From assembly GCA_965277775.1 (NCBI GenBank), contig OZ255843.1:583451-647450 (forward strand): DNA of 64,000 nt, written 5' to 3'. Of this stretch, positions 1 through 10,660 are shown piece after piece. Position 1 is the stretch's first letter. Every line of letters starts with the position of its first letter. The notes under the pieces were generated by a model. The model had not been told where the DNA came from. It did no database searches and was given only the letters and a program-made list of their open reading frames with translations. Position numbers and translations under genes: made by a program. Origin of the DNA: Gammaproteobacteria bacterium (GTDB taxonomy: Bacteria > Pseudomonadota > Gammaproteobacteria > CAKMZV01).

Positions 1-654
1 GATTTGGGCGTGGGCATCATTCAGATGGCTTACAACACCCAAAACCTTATATGCACCGGTTGCTACGAAACCGATAAGGGCTTATCCGATTACGGCCACG
101 ATGTGGTTGAAGCCATGAATAAAGCAGGCGTGTTGTGCGATCTGTCTCACGTTGGCGCCAAAAGTTCCAGAGACATCATATTGGCTTCCAAAAAGCCCGT
201 TTGTTATTCGCATTGCTTGCCAGCAGGATTGAAAGAGCATCCACGCAATAAATCCGATGAGGACCTGAAATTCATTGCCGAACAAGGCGGTTTTGTCGGT
301 GTAACCATGTTTCCACCCTTTTTGGAAAATGGCATTCATTCAACCGTTGATGACTATGTTAAAGCCATTGGCTATATTGTCAATATTGTGGGTGAAGATC
401 GCGTTGGCGTTGGCACAGATTTCACCCAAGGTCATGATCGCGCATTTTTTGATTACATCACGCACGACAAAGGCTTTGGCCGTAAACTGACTGAATTTGG
501 TGAAATCATCAACCCCAAAGGCATACAAACCTTAGGCGAATTCCCCAACCTCACCGATGCCATGCAAAGAGCCGGTTGGTCCGATTCAAAAATTGAAAAA
601 ATCATGGGAGCCAACTGGGTTCAGCTCCTCAAAGAAGTATGGATGGAGGACTGA
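1..654 (+). CDS. Membrane dipeptidase (peptidase M19-like), C-terminal part. The N-terminus lies upstream of the window.
   Basis: Open frame runs from the window edge; the track ORF 4..654 begins at TTG. Renal-dipeptidase-like residues are present (HVGAKSS...CYSHC, DHVV). Position immediately upstream of dgcA/dgcB matches the conserved dipeptidase-dgcAB arrangement in Pseudomonas-type betaine clusters. Confidence 0.55.
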   Translation, partial: DLGVGIIQMAYNTQNLICTGCYETDKGLSDYGHDVVEAMNKAGVLCDLSHVGAKSSRDIILASKKPVCYSHCLPAGLKEHPRNKSDEDLKFIAEQGGFVGVTMFPPFLENGIHSTVDDYVKAIGYIVNIVGEDRVGVGTDFTQGHDRAFFDYITHDKGFGRKLTEFGEIINPKGIQTLGEFPNLTDAMQRAGWSDSKIEKIMGANWVQLLKEVWMED

Positions 655-1193
655 TGGCAAATCCAAAATTACCCATTGATGTCAACGAAGAAACGGGCGT
701 CTGGGAAAGTGATGGCTTACCGATGCTGTACATGCCTCGGCACTTTTTTAACAATTTACACTTGGGCATGGAAGACATTGTTGGGCGAGAAGCGTATCGC
801 GACAACCTCTATCAATCTGGTTATAAATCTGCCTACTTCTGGTGTCAAGAGACCGCCAAAACCTATGGCTTAGAGCCCATCCCCTGTTTTGAGTTCTATC
901 TTGAGCGCTTGTCCCAAAGAGGCTGGGGCTTACTGGCGTTTAAAGATCAAAATCTGGCTCAAGGCTCAGCCACCATTGAGCTACGCCATTCCTCCTTTGT
1001 CAAACATAAGGTGGCATTTGATCAGTCCGCTTCTAACACTTGCTGTTATTTGTTTGAAGGATGGTTTGTGGGGGCCTCCGATTGGGTCAGCGATACATTG
1101 GGCTGGTCGCTAAAATATCAATGCCACGAGCACCAATGCGCCGCCGTTGCAAAAACTGAAAACTGTCTCTTTAAAGTTGAGGTCCTGTCATGA
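654..1193 (+). CDS. Conserved hypothetical protein co-clustered with dgcAB (DUF-type, Cys/His-rich C-terminus).
   Basis: Track ORF 639..1193. A second Met at 654 overlaps the dipeptidase stop (ATGA). Its stop overlaps the dgcA start at 1190, which suggests translational coupling. No recognisable catalytic motif. Confidence 0.45.
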   Translation: MANPKLPIDVNEETGVWESDGLPMLYMPRHFFNNLHLGMEDIVGREAYRDNLYQSGYKSAYFWCQETAKTYGLEPIPCFEFYLERLSQRGWGLLAFKDQNLAQGSATIELRHSSFVKHKVAFDQSASNTCCYLFEGWFVGASDWVSDTLGWSLKYQCHEHQCAAVAKTENCLFKVEVLS

Positions 1194-3244
1194 GCTATCC
1201 AAATCTTTTTTCCCCCATTACCCTCAACAAGGTCAAAATAAAAAACCGCTTCGTTAGTACAGCGCACGCAGAAGTCACCCCTGTCAATGGCAATCCCACA
1301 GGTCGTTATTTGGCCTATTACGAAGAAAAAGCCAAAGGCGGATTAGGATTGGCCATCTGTGGTGGTTCAAGCCCAGTCAGTATTGACAGTCCCGCCTCAT
1401 GGTGGAAATCCATTGATTTAACGAAGGATACGGTCATACCCCATTTGCAAAATTTAGCCGAGGTCATGCACCGTCACGGCACCAAAATTATGATTCAGGC
1501 CACCCACATGGGGCGACGCTCCAATTATTTTGGTGAAAATTGGCCGCATTTGGTCAGCCCCAGTGGCATACGCGAGCCCGTACACCGTGGTTTTGCCAAG
1601 ATTATTGAAAAACATGAAATCAAACGCATCATCCAAGATTATGCAGCGGCGGCTGTGCGCGTCAAAGAAGGCGGCTTAGACGGCATCGAATTTTCTTGTG
1701 CCCACCAGCACTTGGTCGATCAATTTTGGTCACCGCGCACCAATAAACGCACCGATGAATATGGGGGTTCACTTGAAAATCGCATGCGCTTTGGTATTGA
1801 AATGTACACGGCGGTACGTGAAGCAGTCGGCGCAGATTTTTGTGTGGGTATTCGAGTCAGTGCAGATGAGTTTCACGAAGACGGTTTAAATCATGAGCAA
1901 CTGCAAGAGATTGCAGGCATTATGGATGAGACGGGCTTAATCGATTTCTTCTCTGTCATTGGGTCTGGTGCCGATTCACATAATACATTGGCCAATTGCA
2001 TGCCACCCATGGCGCTACCCCCCACGCCTTTTGTCCACCTTGCGGCTGGCATCAAGGCGGTGGTGAAAGTGCCTGTAATGCACGCCCAAAGCATCAAAGA
2101 TGCCAATCAAGCAGAAAGTATTTTGGCCCAAGGCTTTTGTGACATGGTCGGCATGACACGTGCCCACATTGCAGACCCACACTTGGTCAACAAAACCCTG
2201 GAAGGCAAAGAAAATCAAATCAAACAATGTGTGGGCGCTAATTATTGCATTGATCGTCAATACAAAGGCCAAGACGTGCTTTGTGTTCAAAATGCCGCGA
2301 CCAATCGCGAAGAGTTTATGCCGCACTTGATTGAGAAAAAATCAGGTGATCCTGTAAAAGTGGTCGTCGTTGGCGGTGGACCCGCTGGCTTAGAAGCGGC
2401 CAGAGTGGCCAAAGAACGGGGTAATGATGTGGTATTGTTTGAGAAGCAAGCCAAAGTTGGCGGTCAAGTGAATTTGGCAGCCAAAGCCCCTCAACGCGAC
2501 CAAATGGCTGGCATCATTCGCTGGTTTGATATGGAATTGAAACGCTTGCAAGTCGATGTGCGCTGTGGCGTCACTGCCGATAAGGCCATGATTTTAAATG
2601 AGAAACCCGACATCGTCGTCATTGCAACGGGCGGACACAACCACTTAAACGAGAATCCCCACTGGACTGAGCATAAGCTGGCAGATGATGGCTGGGAAGT
2701 GCTTGACGGCACCGTTGAAGTCAAAGCCAATGTGTTGTTGTTTGACGGCGTTGGCTCGCAGGCAGGGGTGAGTATGGCTGACTTTATGGCGCACAAAGGC
2801 GCCTTGGTTGAATTGGCCACGCCAGACCCCATGGTAGGCGAAAATGTCGGCGGCACTTCCTTTCCCATTTTCTACCGAAGCCTGTGCGACAAAGGCGTTA
2901 TTTTTAGCCCCAATTTAATGTTGGAAAATGTTTACAAAGAAGACGATCAATTAATTGCGGTTTTGAAAAACGAATATTCGGGCAACATCGAAGAGCGCGA
3001 AGTCGATCAAGTGGTGATCGAAAACGGCACCATGCCCAATGAATCGCTCTATTATGAACTACAATCTGAATCACGCAACAAAGGTATTATAAACCTCAAT
3101 TTGATGTACAACCATAAACCCCAAGCAGAGCTCACTGAACCCATGGATAACGGCTTCTTGCTCTATCGTGTCGGTGAAGCCGTTTGTTCACGCAACATCC
3201 ATGGCTGTTTGTACGATTCACTACGCTTAGCCAAAGATTTTTGA
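1190..3244 (+). CDS. dgcA: Dimethylglycine demethylase subunit DgcA. This is an NADH:flavin oxidoreductase (OYE/TIM-barrel, trimethylamine-dehydrogenase-like) fused to a C-terminal FAD/NAD(P)-binding domain.
   Basis: 684 aa. The N-terminal OYE-like barrel contains a Cys cluster (CVGANYC). The C-terminal Rossmann domain carries GGGPAG dinucleotide motifs. Its position, followed by dgcB and etf genes, matches the known dgcAB operon. Confidence 0.72.
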   Translation: MSYPNLFSPITLNKVKIKNRFVSTAHAEVTPVNGNPTGRYLAYYEEKAKGGLGLAICGGSSPVSIDSPASWWKSIDLTKDTVIPHLQNLAEVMHRHGTKIMIQATHMGRRSNYFGENWPHLVSPSGIREPVHRGFAKIIEKHEIKRIIQDYAAAAVRVKEGGLDGIEFSCAHQHLVDQFWSPRTNKRTDEYGGSLENRMRFGIEMYTAVREAVGADFCVGIRVSADEFHEDGLNHEQLQEIAGIMDETGLIDFFSVIGSGADSHNTLANCMPPMALPPTPFVHLAAGIKAVVKVPVMHAQSIKDANQAESILAQGFCDMVGMTRAHIADPHLVNKTLEGKENQIKQCVGANYCIDRQYKGQDVLCVQNAATNREEFMPHLIEKKSGDPVKVVVVGGGPAGLEAARVAKERGNDVVLFEKQAKVGGQVNLAAKAPQRDQMAGIIRWFDMELKRLQVDVRCGVTADKAMILNEKPDIVVIATGGHNHLNENPHWTEHKLADDGWEVLDGTVEVKANVLLFDGVGSQAGVSMADFMAHKGALVELATPDPMVGENVGGTSFPIFYRSLCDKGVIFSPNLMLENVYKEDDQLIAVLKNEYSGNIEEREVDQVVIENGTMPNESLYYELQSESRNKGIINLNLMYNHKPQAELTEPMDNGFLLYRVGEAVCSRNIHGCLYDSLRLAKDF

Positions 3245-3246
3245 GC

Positions 3247-5112
3247 ATGTCCACCGCATTTGCCCTCTTTCTCCTCGCTGGATTTAGCCTAACAGGCTTG
3301 GTCTTTGGCACCTTAAAACGGGTCAATATCTGGCGTCAAGGCAAAGCCACTTCAGAGCCAATCAACTGGATGGCTTTGACCACCATTCCAAAACGCTATT
3401 TTGTTGATTTGCATCACATCGTGGCCCGCGATAAAGAAGCGGCGCGCATGCACATCTTTTTTGCAGGCGGCATGATTTTAGTGTTGGGCTTGAGCTTTTT
3501 AAGCGTTATCATGCCCGTTGGTTTATTGCTCAAAGGATTGATCACCATTGCCTTAGTCTTGGTCTTGGTGGGTTGCAGGCTGTTGCTCAAAAGACGCAAA
3601 GACCAGCCCAGTCATTTGTCTTATGGGCGCTTTCAATGGACGCTTTCAGCCGCCGTTGGCGTCACGGTTGGCGTACTTCTCATTCTTTGGACTTCCTTTA
3701 ATTTAGTCGGTTTATTAATCGCCTGCATGGGCTTGTTTACCTTATTCTGGGCAGGTTATTTCAATGCGCCGTTAAAACACATTATTTCAGGGTCAGCCCA
3801 CTTGGCATTCCACCCGCGGCAACAACGATTTAATCATGAACGCGCCACTGATTTAAAAACCTTGGCTGAGCCCACATCTCTCGGCAGCCAAACAATCACC
3901 GATTTCAGCTGGCAACAAATCTTAAGTTTTGATGCCTGCATAGAATGTGGGCGGTGCGAACAGGCATGCCCAGCTTTTGCCAGTGGTCAGCCTTTAAATC
4001 CTAAAAAACTCATCCAAGATTTGTATTTGCAAAGCATCGGCGCCAATGATTCAGACTACAGCGGTTCACACCATCCGCACAAACAAGCGCGAGACGAAAA
4101 AGTATTTGTGGGAGATCCCTTGTCTCAGTCCATTGCGCCTGAAACGCTTTTTGCCTGTACCACGTGCCGAGCATGTGTTTATGAGTGTCCCATGATGATT
4201 GAACACGTGGATGCCATCATCGATATGCGCAGACACATCACCATGACCCAAGGTGATTTACCAGAAAAAGCCGTGGAAGCCCTGACCAATTTACGTCAGA
4301 CAGATACAGTCGGTGGATTTAAAAATCAACGCCGTCACCAGTGGATGGATGACTTAGACATACCATTTGCCAACGCTGACCAAAGTTACGATGTCTTGCT
4401 GCTTTGCGGCGAAAGTGCTTTTGATGTGCGCGCCCAAAAGACCTTACGTGATTTGATCGCACTTTTACGCAAAGCCAACATTACGGTGGCGGCCTTAGAA
4501 GGCGAAAGCGATGTCGGTGATGTCGCGCGTCGTCTGGGTGATGAAATCTTATTTAAGCGCCTTGCCACTGATATGATCGCTCGATTAAAAGCCGTAAAAT
4601 TCAATAAAATTGTCACCTTAGACCCCCACATTTTTCATGTGATCAGCAATGAGTACCCTGAATTTGATGGCCACTTTGACATTGAACACGCCACGACTTA
4701 TTTACATCAGCTGATTGTGACCGATAACAAGATTAAAACCGCGCCCTTGAACCAATCCTTAACCTACCACGATCCCTGTTATCTTGGACGCTACAACGAA
4801 GTCATCGATGCACCCCGTTCATTGCTCAAACACATTGGCATTGAAGTCAAGGAAATGCAGCGCTCCAAAATGAAGTCACGCTGTTGTGGTTGGGGTGGCG
4901 GCAGTGCGTTTACTGACATCAGCGGCGATCAACGCATTCCTGATATGCGCATGGACGACATCAGAGCATGCGATGTCAACACCGTTGCCGTCGGCTGTCC
5001 CAATTGCAAGGTGATGTTAGAAGGGGTGGTTGAACCCCGCGCTGAGGTGGTTGATGTGATTTCCTTAGTCGCCCAATCCATGCACATGAATGAAACTCAA
5101 AAAGAGGCCTGA
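3247..5112 (+). CDS. dgcB: Dimethylglycine demethylase subunit DgcB. It is a membrane-anchored Fe-S protein with two 4Fe-4S ferredoxin motifs and CCG (heterodisulfide-reductase/GlcF-like) domains.
   Basis: Track ORF starts at 3184 inside dgcA. The Met at 3247 lies 2 nt after the dgcA stop. N-terminal hydrophobic helices are present. Two CxxCxxCxxxCP motifs are present (CIECGRCEQACP, CTTCRACVYECP). C-terminal Cys-rich CCG motifs are present (CCGWGGG, CPNC). Confidence 0.72.
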   Translation: MSTAFALFLLAGFSLTGLVFGTLKRVNIWRQGKATSEPINWMALTTIPKRYFVDLHHIVARDKEAARMHIFFAGGMILVLGLSFLSVIMPVGLLLKGLITIALVLVLVGCRLLLKRRKDQPSHLSYGRFQWTLSAAVGVTVGVLLILWTSFNLVGLLIACMGLFTLFWAGYFNAPLKHIISGSAHLAFHPRQQRFNHERATDLKTLAEPTSLGSQTITDFSWQQILSFDACIECGRCEQACPAFASGQPLNPKKLIQDLYLQSIGANDSDYSGSHHPHKQARDEKVFVGDPLSQSIAPETLFACTTCRACVYECPMMIEHVDAIIDMRRHITMTQGDLPEKAVEALTNLRQTDTVGGFKNQRRHQWMDDLDIPFANADQSYDVLLLCGESAFDVRAQKTLRDLIALLRKANITVAALEGESDVGDVARRLGDEILFKRLATDMIARLKAVKFNKIVTLDPHIFHVISNEYPEFDGHFDIEHATTYLHQLIVTDNKIKTAPLNQSLTYHDPCYLGRYNEVIDAPRSLLKHIGIEVKEMQRSKMKSRCCGWGGGSAFTDISGDQRIPDMRMDDIRACDVNTVAVGCPNCKVMLEGVVEPRAEVVDVISLVAQSMHMNETQKEA

Positions 5113-5114
5113 CC

Positions 5115-6233
5115 ATGCGTAAGAAAATAGCCGACATTTCACCGTATTTTTTGACCGATTCTGGGCGTAAACGCATTGCCCGTAATCGTGCCATTGACTC
5201 CGCGCAAGCATTGACCAATCGCTTAAAAACCGACGCCTCAAACAAGCCCTTACGGCACTTAACAACCATCGAAAATCACATCGTTTGTATTTTGTTGAGT
5301 AAAAATGGCAGTTTGAATCAATATGATCGCGAACTTTTGTATATTGCCCATGCGCTATCAAACCAATGGGATAACTGTGCCGTTGTCGCCGTTGTGTATG
5401 GCACCCACGAACAAGATTTAGGTCAATGGGGTGCGGATGTGCTCATTCAATTTGACTCAGACATCATCCCCTATGCCCAAATGGACATTGCCTTGGACAG
5501 CATTCAATCCCTGGTCGAGGATTATCAACCTAAACATATTTTGTTGGCGGATGATCATTGGGGCAGCGGTGAGATTTTGCGCCGCTATGTTGCTGCGCAC
5601 CCCGAAACAAGTTATGCCAGCGATGTGATTGAAATATCAAAAAATGACTGCATTCGTCTAATCAATGCAGACCAACAAGAAGCGGCTCATGCTCTGCCAG
5701 TGCTGATTGGCATTAAGTCACAAATCAGTGAGCATGAATTAGAACTGAACTGCCAATTGGTTGACATTCAGCTCGACCAAAGTATTGCACAAGAGGCGCC
5801 CCAAAACCCACTGGTAAAATTAGATGCGCAAGACGTGCCCTTGGAGCAAGCGCCTTTCATCATGTCTATGGGCAATGGTGTCGCCGATACAGGCGCCTTT
5901 ATGGCAGCGGCTGAAGCGATGGGCGCAACCATCGGTGGCTCAAGAGTGGTCGTCGATGATGGCAAATTGCCACGCCATTGCCAAGTTGGGGCGACGGGTC
6001 GTACAACCACAGCAACCATCTACTTGGCTTTTGGTATCTCAGGCGCTGTGCAACACCTTGAAGGCATAAAAAGTTGTGGGACGGTCATAGCCATCAATAC
6101 CGATGAAAGTTGTGCCATGGTCAAACGCGCTGATCTTTCCTACATCAACGATGCCAAAGCCGTTTTGGACCATCTAAAAGCCATTGCTTTGGCTGAACAA
6201 GAAGCGTCAACGCTGCAACACAAAACAGGATAA
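5115..6233 (+). CDS. etfA: Electron transfer flavoprotein alpha-subunit-like (FixB family), with an N-terminal extension of about 60 aa.
   Basis: C-terminal FAD-binding signature typical of ETF-alpha (TIYLAFGISGAVQHLEGIKSCGTVIAINTDE). It follows dgcB by 2 nt. Confidence 0.68.
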   Translation: MRKKIADISPYFLTDSGRKRIARNRAIDSAQALTNRLKTDASNKPLRHLTTIENHIVCILLSKNGSLNQYDRELLYIAHALSNQWDNCAVVAVVYGTHEQDLGQWGADVLIQFDSDIIPYAQMDIALDSIQSLVEDYQPKHILLADDHWGSGEILRRYVAAHPETSYASDVIEISKNDCIRLINADQQEAAHALPVLIGIKSQISEHELELNCQLVDIQLDQSIAQEAPQNPLVKLDAQDVPLEQAPFIMSMGNGVADTGAFMAAAEAMGATIGGSRVVVDDGKLPRHCQVGATGRTTTATIYLAFGISGAVQHLEGIKSCGTVIAINTDESCAMVKRADLSYINDAKAVLDHLKAIALAEQEASTLQHKTG

Positions 6234-6236
6234 AGC

Positions 6237-6998
6237 ATGAAAATCTCTGTTCTATTAAGCATTGCCATTCACCCCCAGTCTAATAAGGCCATAGCCTCAC
6301 CCTTAGATTTAAAAGTCTGTGGCATGGCTTTGGCTTTAAAACAACAAGGTCATGATGTTCAGTTTTTACATTTTGGCGAAAACAACGACGCTTTAAATGA
6401 CTACTTAGGTTACGGCATTGCCGCCATCGATTGCCACCAAGCACCAAGTACTTTTCAAATTGCCGACTGTGCGCCTTTGTTGCAAGACAGCAAACTCATT
6501 ATGTGCGGGCGTAAAACCCTCAGTGGTGAAGCCAGTGGTATGCTTCCCTATCATCTCAGCCAAATGCTCGATAAGCCTTTACTGGCGAATGTGGTCGAAG
6601 TAAACGCCGATCAACAAGGATTAAACCTCGTTCAATACTTACCGAGCGGTTATCGCAAAAAGCAACTCTTGGCGACCGACAGCACCGCTGTTTTAACCAT
6701 CCATGAATCGGCACCATCGTTGCTTAACTATAATTACACCAACCTAAATGCTGGCACAATAAATGCCTTGGACACCCCAAAAATTGGGGCGTACCAATCT
6801 GCGATGTCGTGGCAAATCAGCCCAGTTAAAAAACTACGAAAACGCTTCAAAATAGACAATAAACTGGGTGGTGACGAACGCATGAAAAGGACTTTGCAAG
6901 TGGGCACAAGTTCTGGTGGTCAAGTTCATCACATCAGTGACCAGGCGGCCGCTCAAGCCATCTGGGATTTGTTGAAAAACAAAAATTTAACCCCTTAA
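6237..6998 (+). CDS. etfB: Electron transfer flavoprotein beta-subunit-like (FixA family).
   Basis: 253 aa. The central segment LIMCGRKTLSGEASGMLPYHLSQMLDKPLLANVVEV resembles the ETF-beta core (DLVLCGkqaiDgDtgqvGpmLAelLgwP). It lies 3 nt after the etfA-like gene. Confidence 0.55.
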   Translation: MKISVLLSIAIHPQSNKAIASPLDLKVCGMALALKQQGHDVQFLHFGENNDALNDYLGYGIAAIDCHQAPSTFQIADCAPLLQDSKLIMCGRKTLSGEASGMLPYHLSQMLDKPLLANVVEVNADQQGLNLVQYLPSGYRKKQLLATDSTAVLTIHESAPSLLNYNYTNLNAGTINALDTPKIGAYQSAMSWQISPVKKLRKRFKIDNKLGGDERMKRTLQVGTSSGGQVHHISDQAAAQAIWDLLKNKNLTP

Positions 6999-7015
6999 AT
7001 TAACATTTAAAACCG

Positions 7016-8290
7016 TTGAGTAAGCTTATGAATGCACAAATAAAAAATAACATTTTTAATTGGAGTCAAGATCATAAATCCGGCTGGACTTTACCGCGAT
7101 CGTTTTATACCCAAGACGATGCCTTTGCGGCTGACCTTGAATTGTTTAGAACCCACTGGATCTATGCCGCCAGCCTGGCGGACTTTAAAGACGAAGGGGA
7201 TTATTTATTGGTTGAGATTGCAGGGGAATCCGTCATCTTAATTCGCAATGAAGAAGGCGCCATCAATGGTTTCCACAATGTTTGTTGCCACCGTGGCTCG
7301 CAAGTGCTGTTAGAAAAACAAGGCGCCTGTGCCAACATCGTTTGCCACTATCATCAATGGACTTATAACATGGAAGGTCAGTTGATTTTTGCAGGCTCAA
7401 TGGGCTCAAATTTTGACTGCTCCAAATTCCGCTTACAGTCGGTCGCCGTTGAAAGTATCGGTGGCTTGATTTTCATCTGTTTGAGCGACACACCACCCGA
7501 TATAAGCCCCGTTAGAGACATGTTGGCGCCTTATGTTAAGCCCTACGAAATAGATAAAATGAAAGTTGCTTATACAGAGGAATTGGTGTTACAAGCCAAC
7601 TGGAAGTTGGCCATGGAAAACAACCGCGAATGCTATCATTGCAACAGCAATCATCCCGAATTACTCCATCCGCTGTATGCCCAAGGATTTGGCTTTGGCA
7701 CAGATGGCGATGACCCAGACGCCTTGGCTGTGGACGATGAGAGCCAAGACGAATATGCCCAATTGATGGTCAAAAAAGAAGCGGAATGGCAAAAACTTGG
7801 GTTGAATTATGCCATCCAAGATTACCCAAACAATCAATGGGCACGGGTGGCGCGCTTACCCTTGGCAAACAACGCCGAATCGATGACAGTTGATGGCAAA
7901 CCAGCTTGTGACAAACGCTTTGCGCCTTTCCCATACCCAGAAGGCAGTACCCTTTCGCTGTGGGGCAACCCCAACTCTTGGAACCACTTTTTGTCGGATC
8001 ATGTGGTCACAGCTTGCGTCTTCCCCATCACCTCTGACACGTGTAAAGTCATCACCAAATGGTTGGTCCACGAAGATGCCAAAGAAGGGGTAGATTATGA
8101 TTTGCACCACCTCACCCACGTATGGAAACAGACCAATGCGCAAGACGCACGCCTTTTTGAAAGCGTCATGCAAGGACTAAGATCACACGCCTATGCCCAA
8201 GGTTTATTAGCACCCCAAGAGAAATTTGTCGCACAATTCATCGATTGGTACGTTGATCATGTACAACAGACCGTTTCCTCGAGCACATGA
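7016..8290 (+). CDS. gbcA: Glycine betaine monooxygenase (demethylase) oxygenase component GbcA. It is a Rieske non-heme iron oxygenase alpha subunit.
   Basis: Rieske 2Fe-2S motif CCHRG...(x17)...CHYHQW. Mononuclear iron ligands (NNRECYHCNSNHPEL). Followed by a reductase gene. An alternative start is possible at 7028. Confidence 0.75.
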   Translation: MSKLMNAQIKNNIFNWSQDHKSGWTLPRSFYTQDDAFAADLELFRTHWIYAASLADFKDEGDYLLVEIAGESVILIRNEEGAINGFHNVCCHRGSQVLLEKQGACANIVCHYHQWTYNMEGQLIFAGSMGSNFDCSKFRLQSVAVESIGGLIFICLSDTPPDISPVRDMLAPYVKPYEIDKMKVAYTEELVLQANWKLAMENNRECYHCNSNHPELLHPLYAQGFGFGTDGDDPDALAVDDESQDEYAQLMVKKEAEWQKLGLNYAIQDYPNNQWARVARLPLANNAESMTVDGKPACDKRFAPFPYPEGSTLSLWGNPNSWNHFLSDHVVTACVFPITSDTCKVITKWLVHEDAKEGVDYDLHHLTHVWKQTNAQDARLFESVMQGLRSHAYAQGLLAPQEKFVAQFIDWYVDHVQQTVSSST

Positions 8291-9375
8291 AACCCTTACC
8301 CAACTTGAATCGTTTAAGCGCATGGTCGCCGGACTTGTGCGCTTTGGTGTGCATACACATTCATGCGGAAAATCACAACGTTAAAAGCTTTACCTTTCAG
8401 TCTGTTAAACCCGCCTACTTCGAGTTTTTGCCTGGACAGAACATTACCTTGTTGTTGCCCATCGATGGTGAAGAAGTGGCGCGTACTTACACCATTGCCT
8501 CCAGCCCCACCAAACCCCATACCATCACGATTACCAATAAACGTATGAAGGGCGGCGTTGTCACTGAATGGATGCACCAGCATTTAAAAGTGAGGGATGA
8601 GTTGTCGGCGCTGTCCATATCAGGATTGTTCAGTGTTGCAAATGATGACCATGCGCAACAAAAACCCCTGTTATTGCTGTCTGGTGGCAGCGGCATCACC
8701 CCCATGTTATCGTTCAGTCGCTATTGCCATGATTTGGGACTCACCACCGATATTGCCTTCGCCCATCATGCACAATCAACCGCTGATTTCATTGCCTTTG
8801 AAGAATTGCAATATTACCAAAATCGGCACGATCATTTTCACCTGCATTTGGCGTGTGATAACGGCGCGCAAGATGCGGATTGGTCGGGTCCAAGCGGTTT
8901 CTTGAACGCCGACATGTTGCAGTCATTGGTGCCCGACTTCGCCCAACGTGCCATCTATTGTTGTGGTCCTGCGCCCTACATGGACAATGTTAAAAAGATT
9001 TTGCACGCTTTGAACTATGACATGGCGTTCTATCATCAAGAAAGTTTTGATTTTGCCCAGTCCAGCGCACAACAAGAAGAAGCCCCAGAGCTTGTATCAG
9101 AAGAAACGTCTAAAGGCGTTAAAATCCACCTCTCCAAAAGCAATAAAACCATTGTTGCAGATAAAGCCATCCCCATTTTGCAATCCCTAAAAAAACAAGG
9201 AATCAAAGTGCCTTTTGCTTGTGCTCAAGGCGTTTGTGGCACTTGCAGAACGCTCAAAGTTTCTGGGGACGTGGACATGAAGCACCAAGGGGGCTTACTG
9301 AAAAAACACGAACAGCAAGGCTATATCCTTATTTGTTGTTCCAAACCAACCACTGACCTGAATTTGGCGCTTTAA
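8287..9375 (+). CDS. gbcB: Glycine betaine monooxygenase reductase component GbcB. It combines a ferredoxin-NADP reductase-like FAD/NAD domain with a C-terminal plant-type 2Fe-2S ferredoxin.
   Basis: ATGA overlap with gbcA. FNR-like RxYT(I) FAD motif (ARTYTIASSP). GGSGITP NAD motif. C-terminal CAQGVCGTCRT...C ferredoxin cysteines. Confidence 0.7.
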   Translation: MKPLPNLNRLSAWSPDLCALVCIHIHAENHNVKSFTFQSVKPAYFEFLPGQNITLLLPIDGEEVARTYTIASSPTKPHTITITNKRMKGGVVTEWMHQHLKVRDELSALSISGLFSVANDDHAQQKPLLLLSGGSGITPMLSFSRYCHDLGLTTDIAFAHHAQSTADFIAFEELQYYQNRHDHFHLHLACDNGAQDADWSGPSGFLNADMLQSLVPDFAQRAIYCCGPAPYMDNVKKILHALNYDMAFYHQESFDFAQSSAQQEEAPELVSEETSKGVKIHLSKSNKTIVADKAIPILQSLKKQGIKVPFACAQGVCGTCRTLKVSGDVDMKHQGGLLKKHEQQGYILICCSKPTTDLNLAL

Positions 9376-9393
9376 CCGGATCCTGATCATCTT

Positions 9394-10644
9394 ATGCTAA
9401 AACAATATTCTTGGCTGTCGCTCCTAAAAGCGGGTTTTAATGGACAAGACTGGGCGCAAGCCATCCCTACCCCTACCCCTAAATCAAAATATGATGTGAT
9501 CATCATTGGCGGCGGCGGTCATGGACTTGCCACAGCCTATTACTTGGCCAAATCTTGTGGCATAACCAATGTTGCTGTGCTTGAAAAAAATTATATTGGG
9601 GGTGGCAACACTGGGCGTAATACCACCATTATTCGTTCTAATTACTTATGGGATGAAGCTTCCAGCCTGTACGAACACGCGCTGAAATTATGGGAGGGAC
9701 TCAGTGAAGACCTCAACTTTAATGTGATGTTCAGTCAGCGCGGTGTTTATAACTTAGGTCATACACTACAAGACATGAGAGACATTGAACGACGAGTCAA
9801 TGCCAACTTGATCAATGGCGTCGATGCAGAAGTCGTTGATGCCCAAGAGATCAAACGGCGCATACCCATCATCAATATCAGTAAAAATGCCCGCTATCCC
9901 ATTATGGGATCGTCCTTTCAAGCGCGCGGTGGTGTTGCGCGTCATGATGGTGTGGCTTGGGGGTTTGCCCGTGCCGCCAGTCAACTGGGTGTTGACATCA
10001 TCCAAAATTGTGAAGTGACTGGACTCGACATAGAACAGGGTCGCATCAAAGGCGTGAACACCAACCTTGGTAGCATTGAAGCCGATCGAGTGGGCGCTGT
10101 TTGTGCTGGACACTCTTCGGTCATTGCTCAGATGGCTGGGTTGAGATTGCCCGTAGAAAGCCATCCGCTCCAAGCCTTTGTTTCAGAAGCGATGAAACCC
10201 GTTTTAGATACGGTGGTCATGTCTAATGCGGTCCATGGCTACGTCAGTCAAAGCGATAAAGGCGACTTGGTTATTGGTGCGGGCATCGACGGTTACCACT
10301 CCTACGCCCAAAGAGGTAATTCACACATCATAGAACACTGCGCAGCCGCCATCATAGAGCTGTTCCCCATATTCTCGCGCGTGCGCATGAATCGCCAATG
10401 GGGCGGCATTGTCGATGTTTGCCCAGACGCTTGTCCAATCATCTCACCCACATCCGTCGGTGGCTTATATTTCAACTGTGGTTGGGGAACAGGCGGATTT
10501 AAAGCCACACCAGGCTCTGGTCATGTATTTGCCCACACCATTGCCCAAGATAAACCCCACCCCTTGGCAGAACCATTTCACGTTGATCGCTTTATAACAG
10601 GTGCGCTCATCGATGAACATGGCGCTGCTGGTGTTGCCCACTAA
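9394..10644 (+). CDS. soxB: Sarcosine oxidase beta subunit (heterotetrameric TSOX).
   Basis: 416 aa. N-terminal [22 protein letters not shown] fold. Gene order beta-delta-alpha-gamma. Confidence 0.85.
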   Translation: MLKQYSWLSLLKAGFNGQDWAQAIPTPTPKSKYDVIIIGGGGHGLATAYYLAKSCGITNVAVLEKNYIGGGNTGRNTTIIRSNYLWDEASSLYEHALKLWEGLSEDLNFNVMFSQRGVYNLGHTLQDMRDIERRVNANLINGVDAEVVDAQEIKRRIPIINISKNARYPIMGSSFQARGGVARHDGVAWGFARAASQLGVDIIQNCEVTGLDIEQGRIKGVNTNLGSIEADRVGAVCAGHSSVIAQMAGLRLPVESHPLQAFVSEAMKPVLDTVVMSNAVHGYVSQSDKGDLVIGAGIDGYHSYAQRGNSHIIEHCAAAIIELFPIFSRVRMNRQWGGIVDVCPDACPIISPTSVGGLYFNCGWGTGGFKATPGSGHVFAHTIAQDKPHPLAEPFHVDRFITGALIDEHGAAGVAH

Positions 10645-10660
10645 CCTATAGTAAGCCATT

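Noticed and set aside
3184-3246. Track start for dgcB, 60 nt inside dgcA. Also the 39735 start for mpl, the 32178 start for dnaG and the 30859 start for DUF1697.
   Set aside because: These are upstream in-frame extensions without conserved sequence. Internal Met codons coincide with conserved protein N-termini and with stop/start overlaps of the upstream gene, so the shorter starts were preferred.
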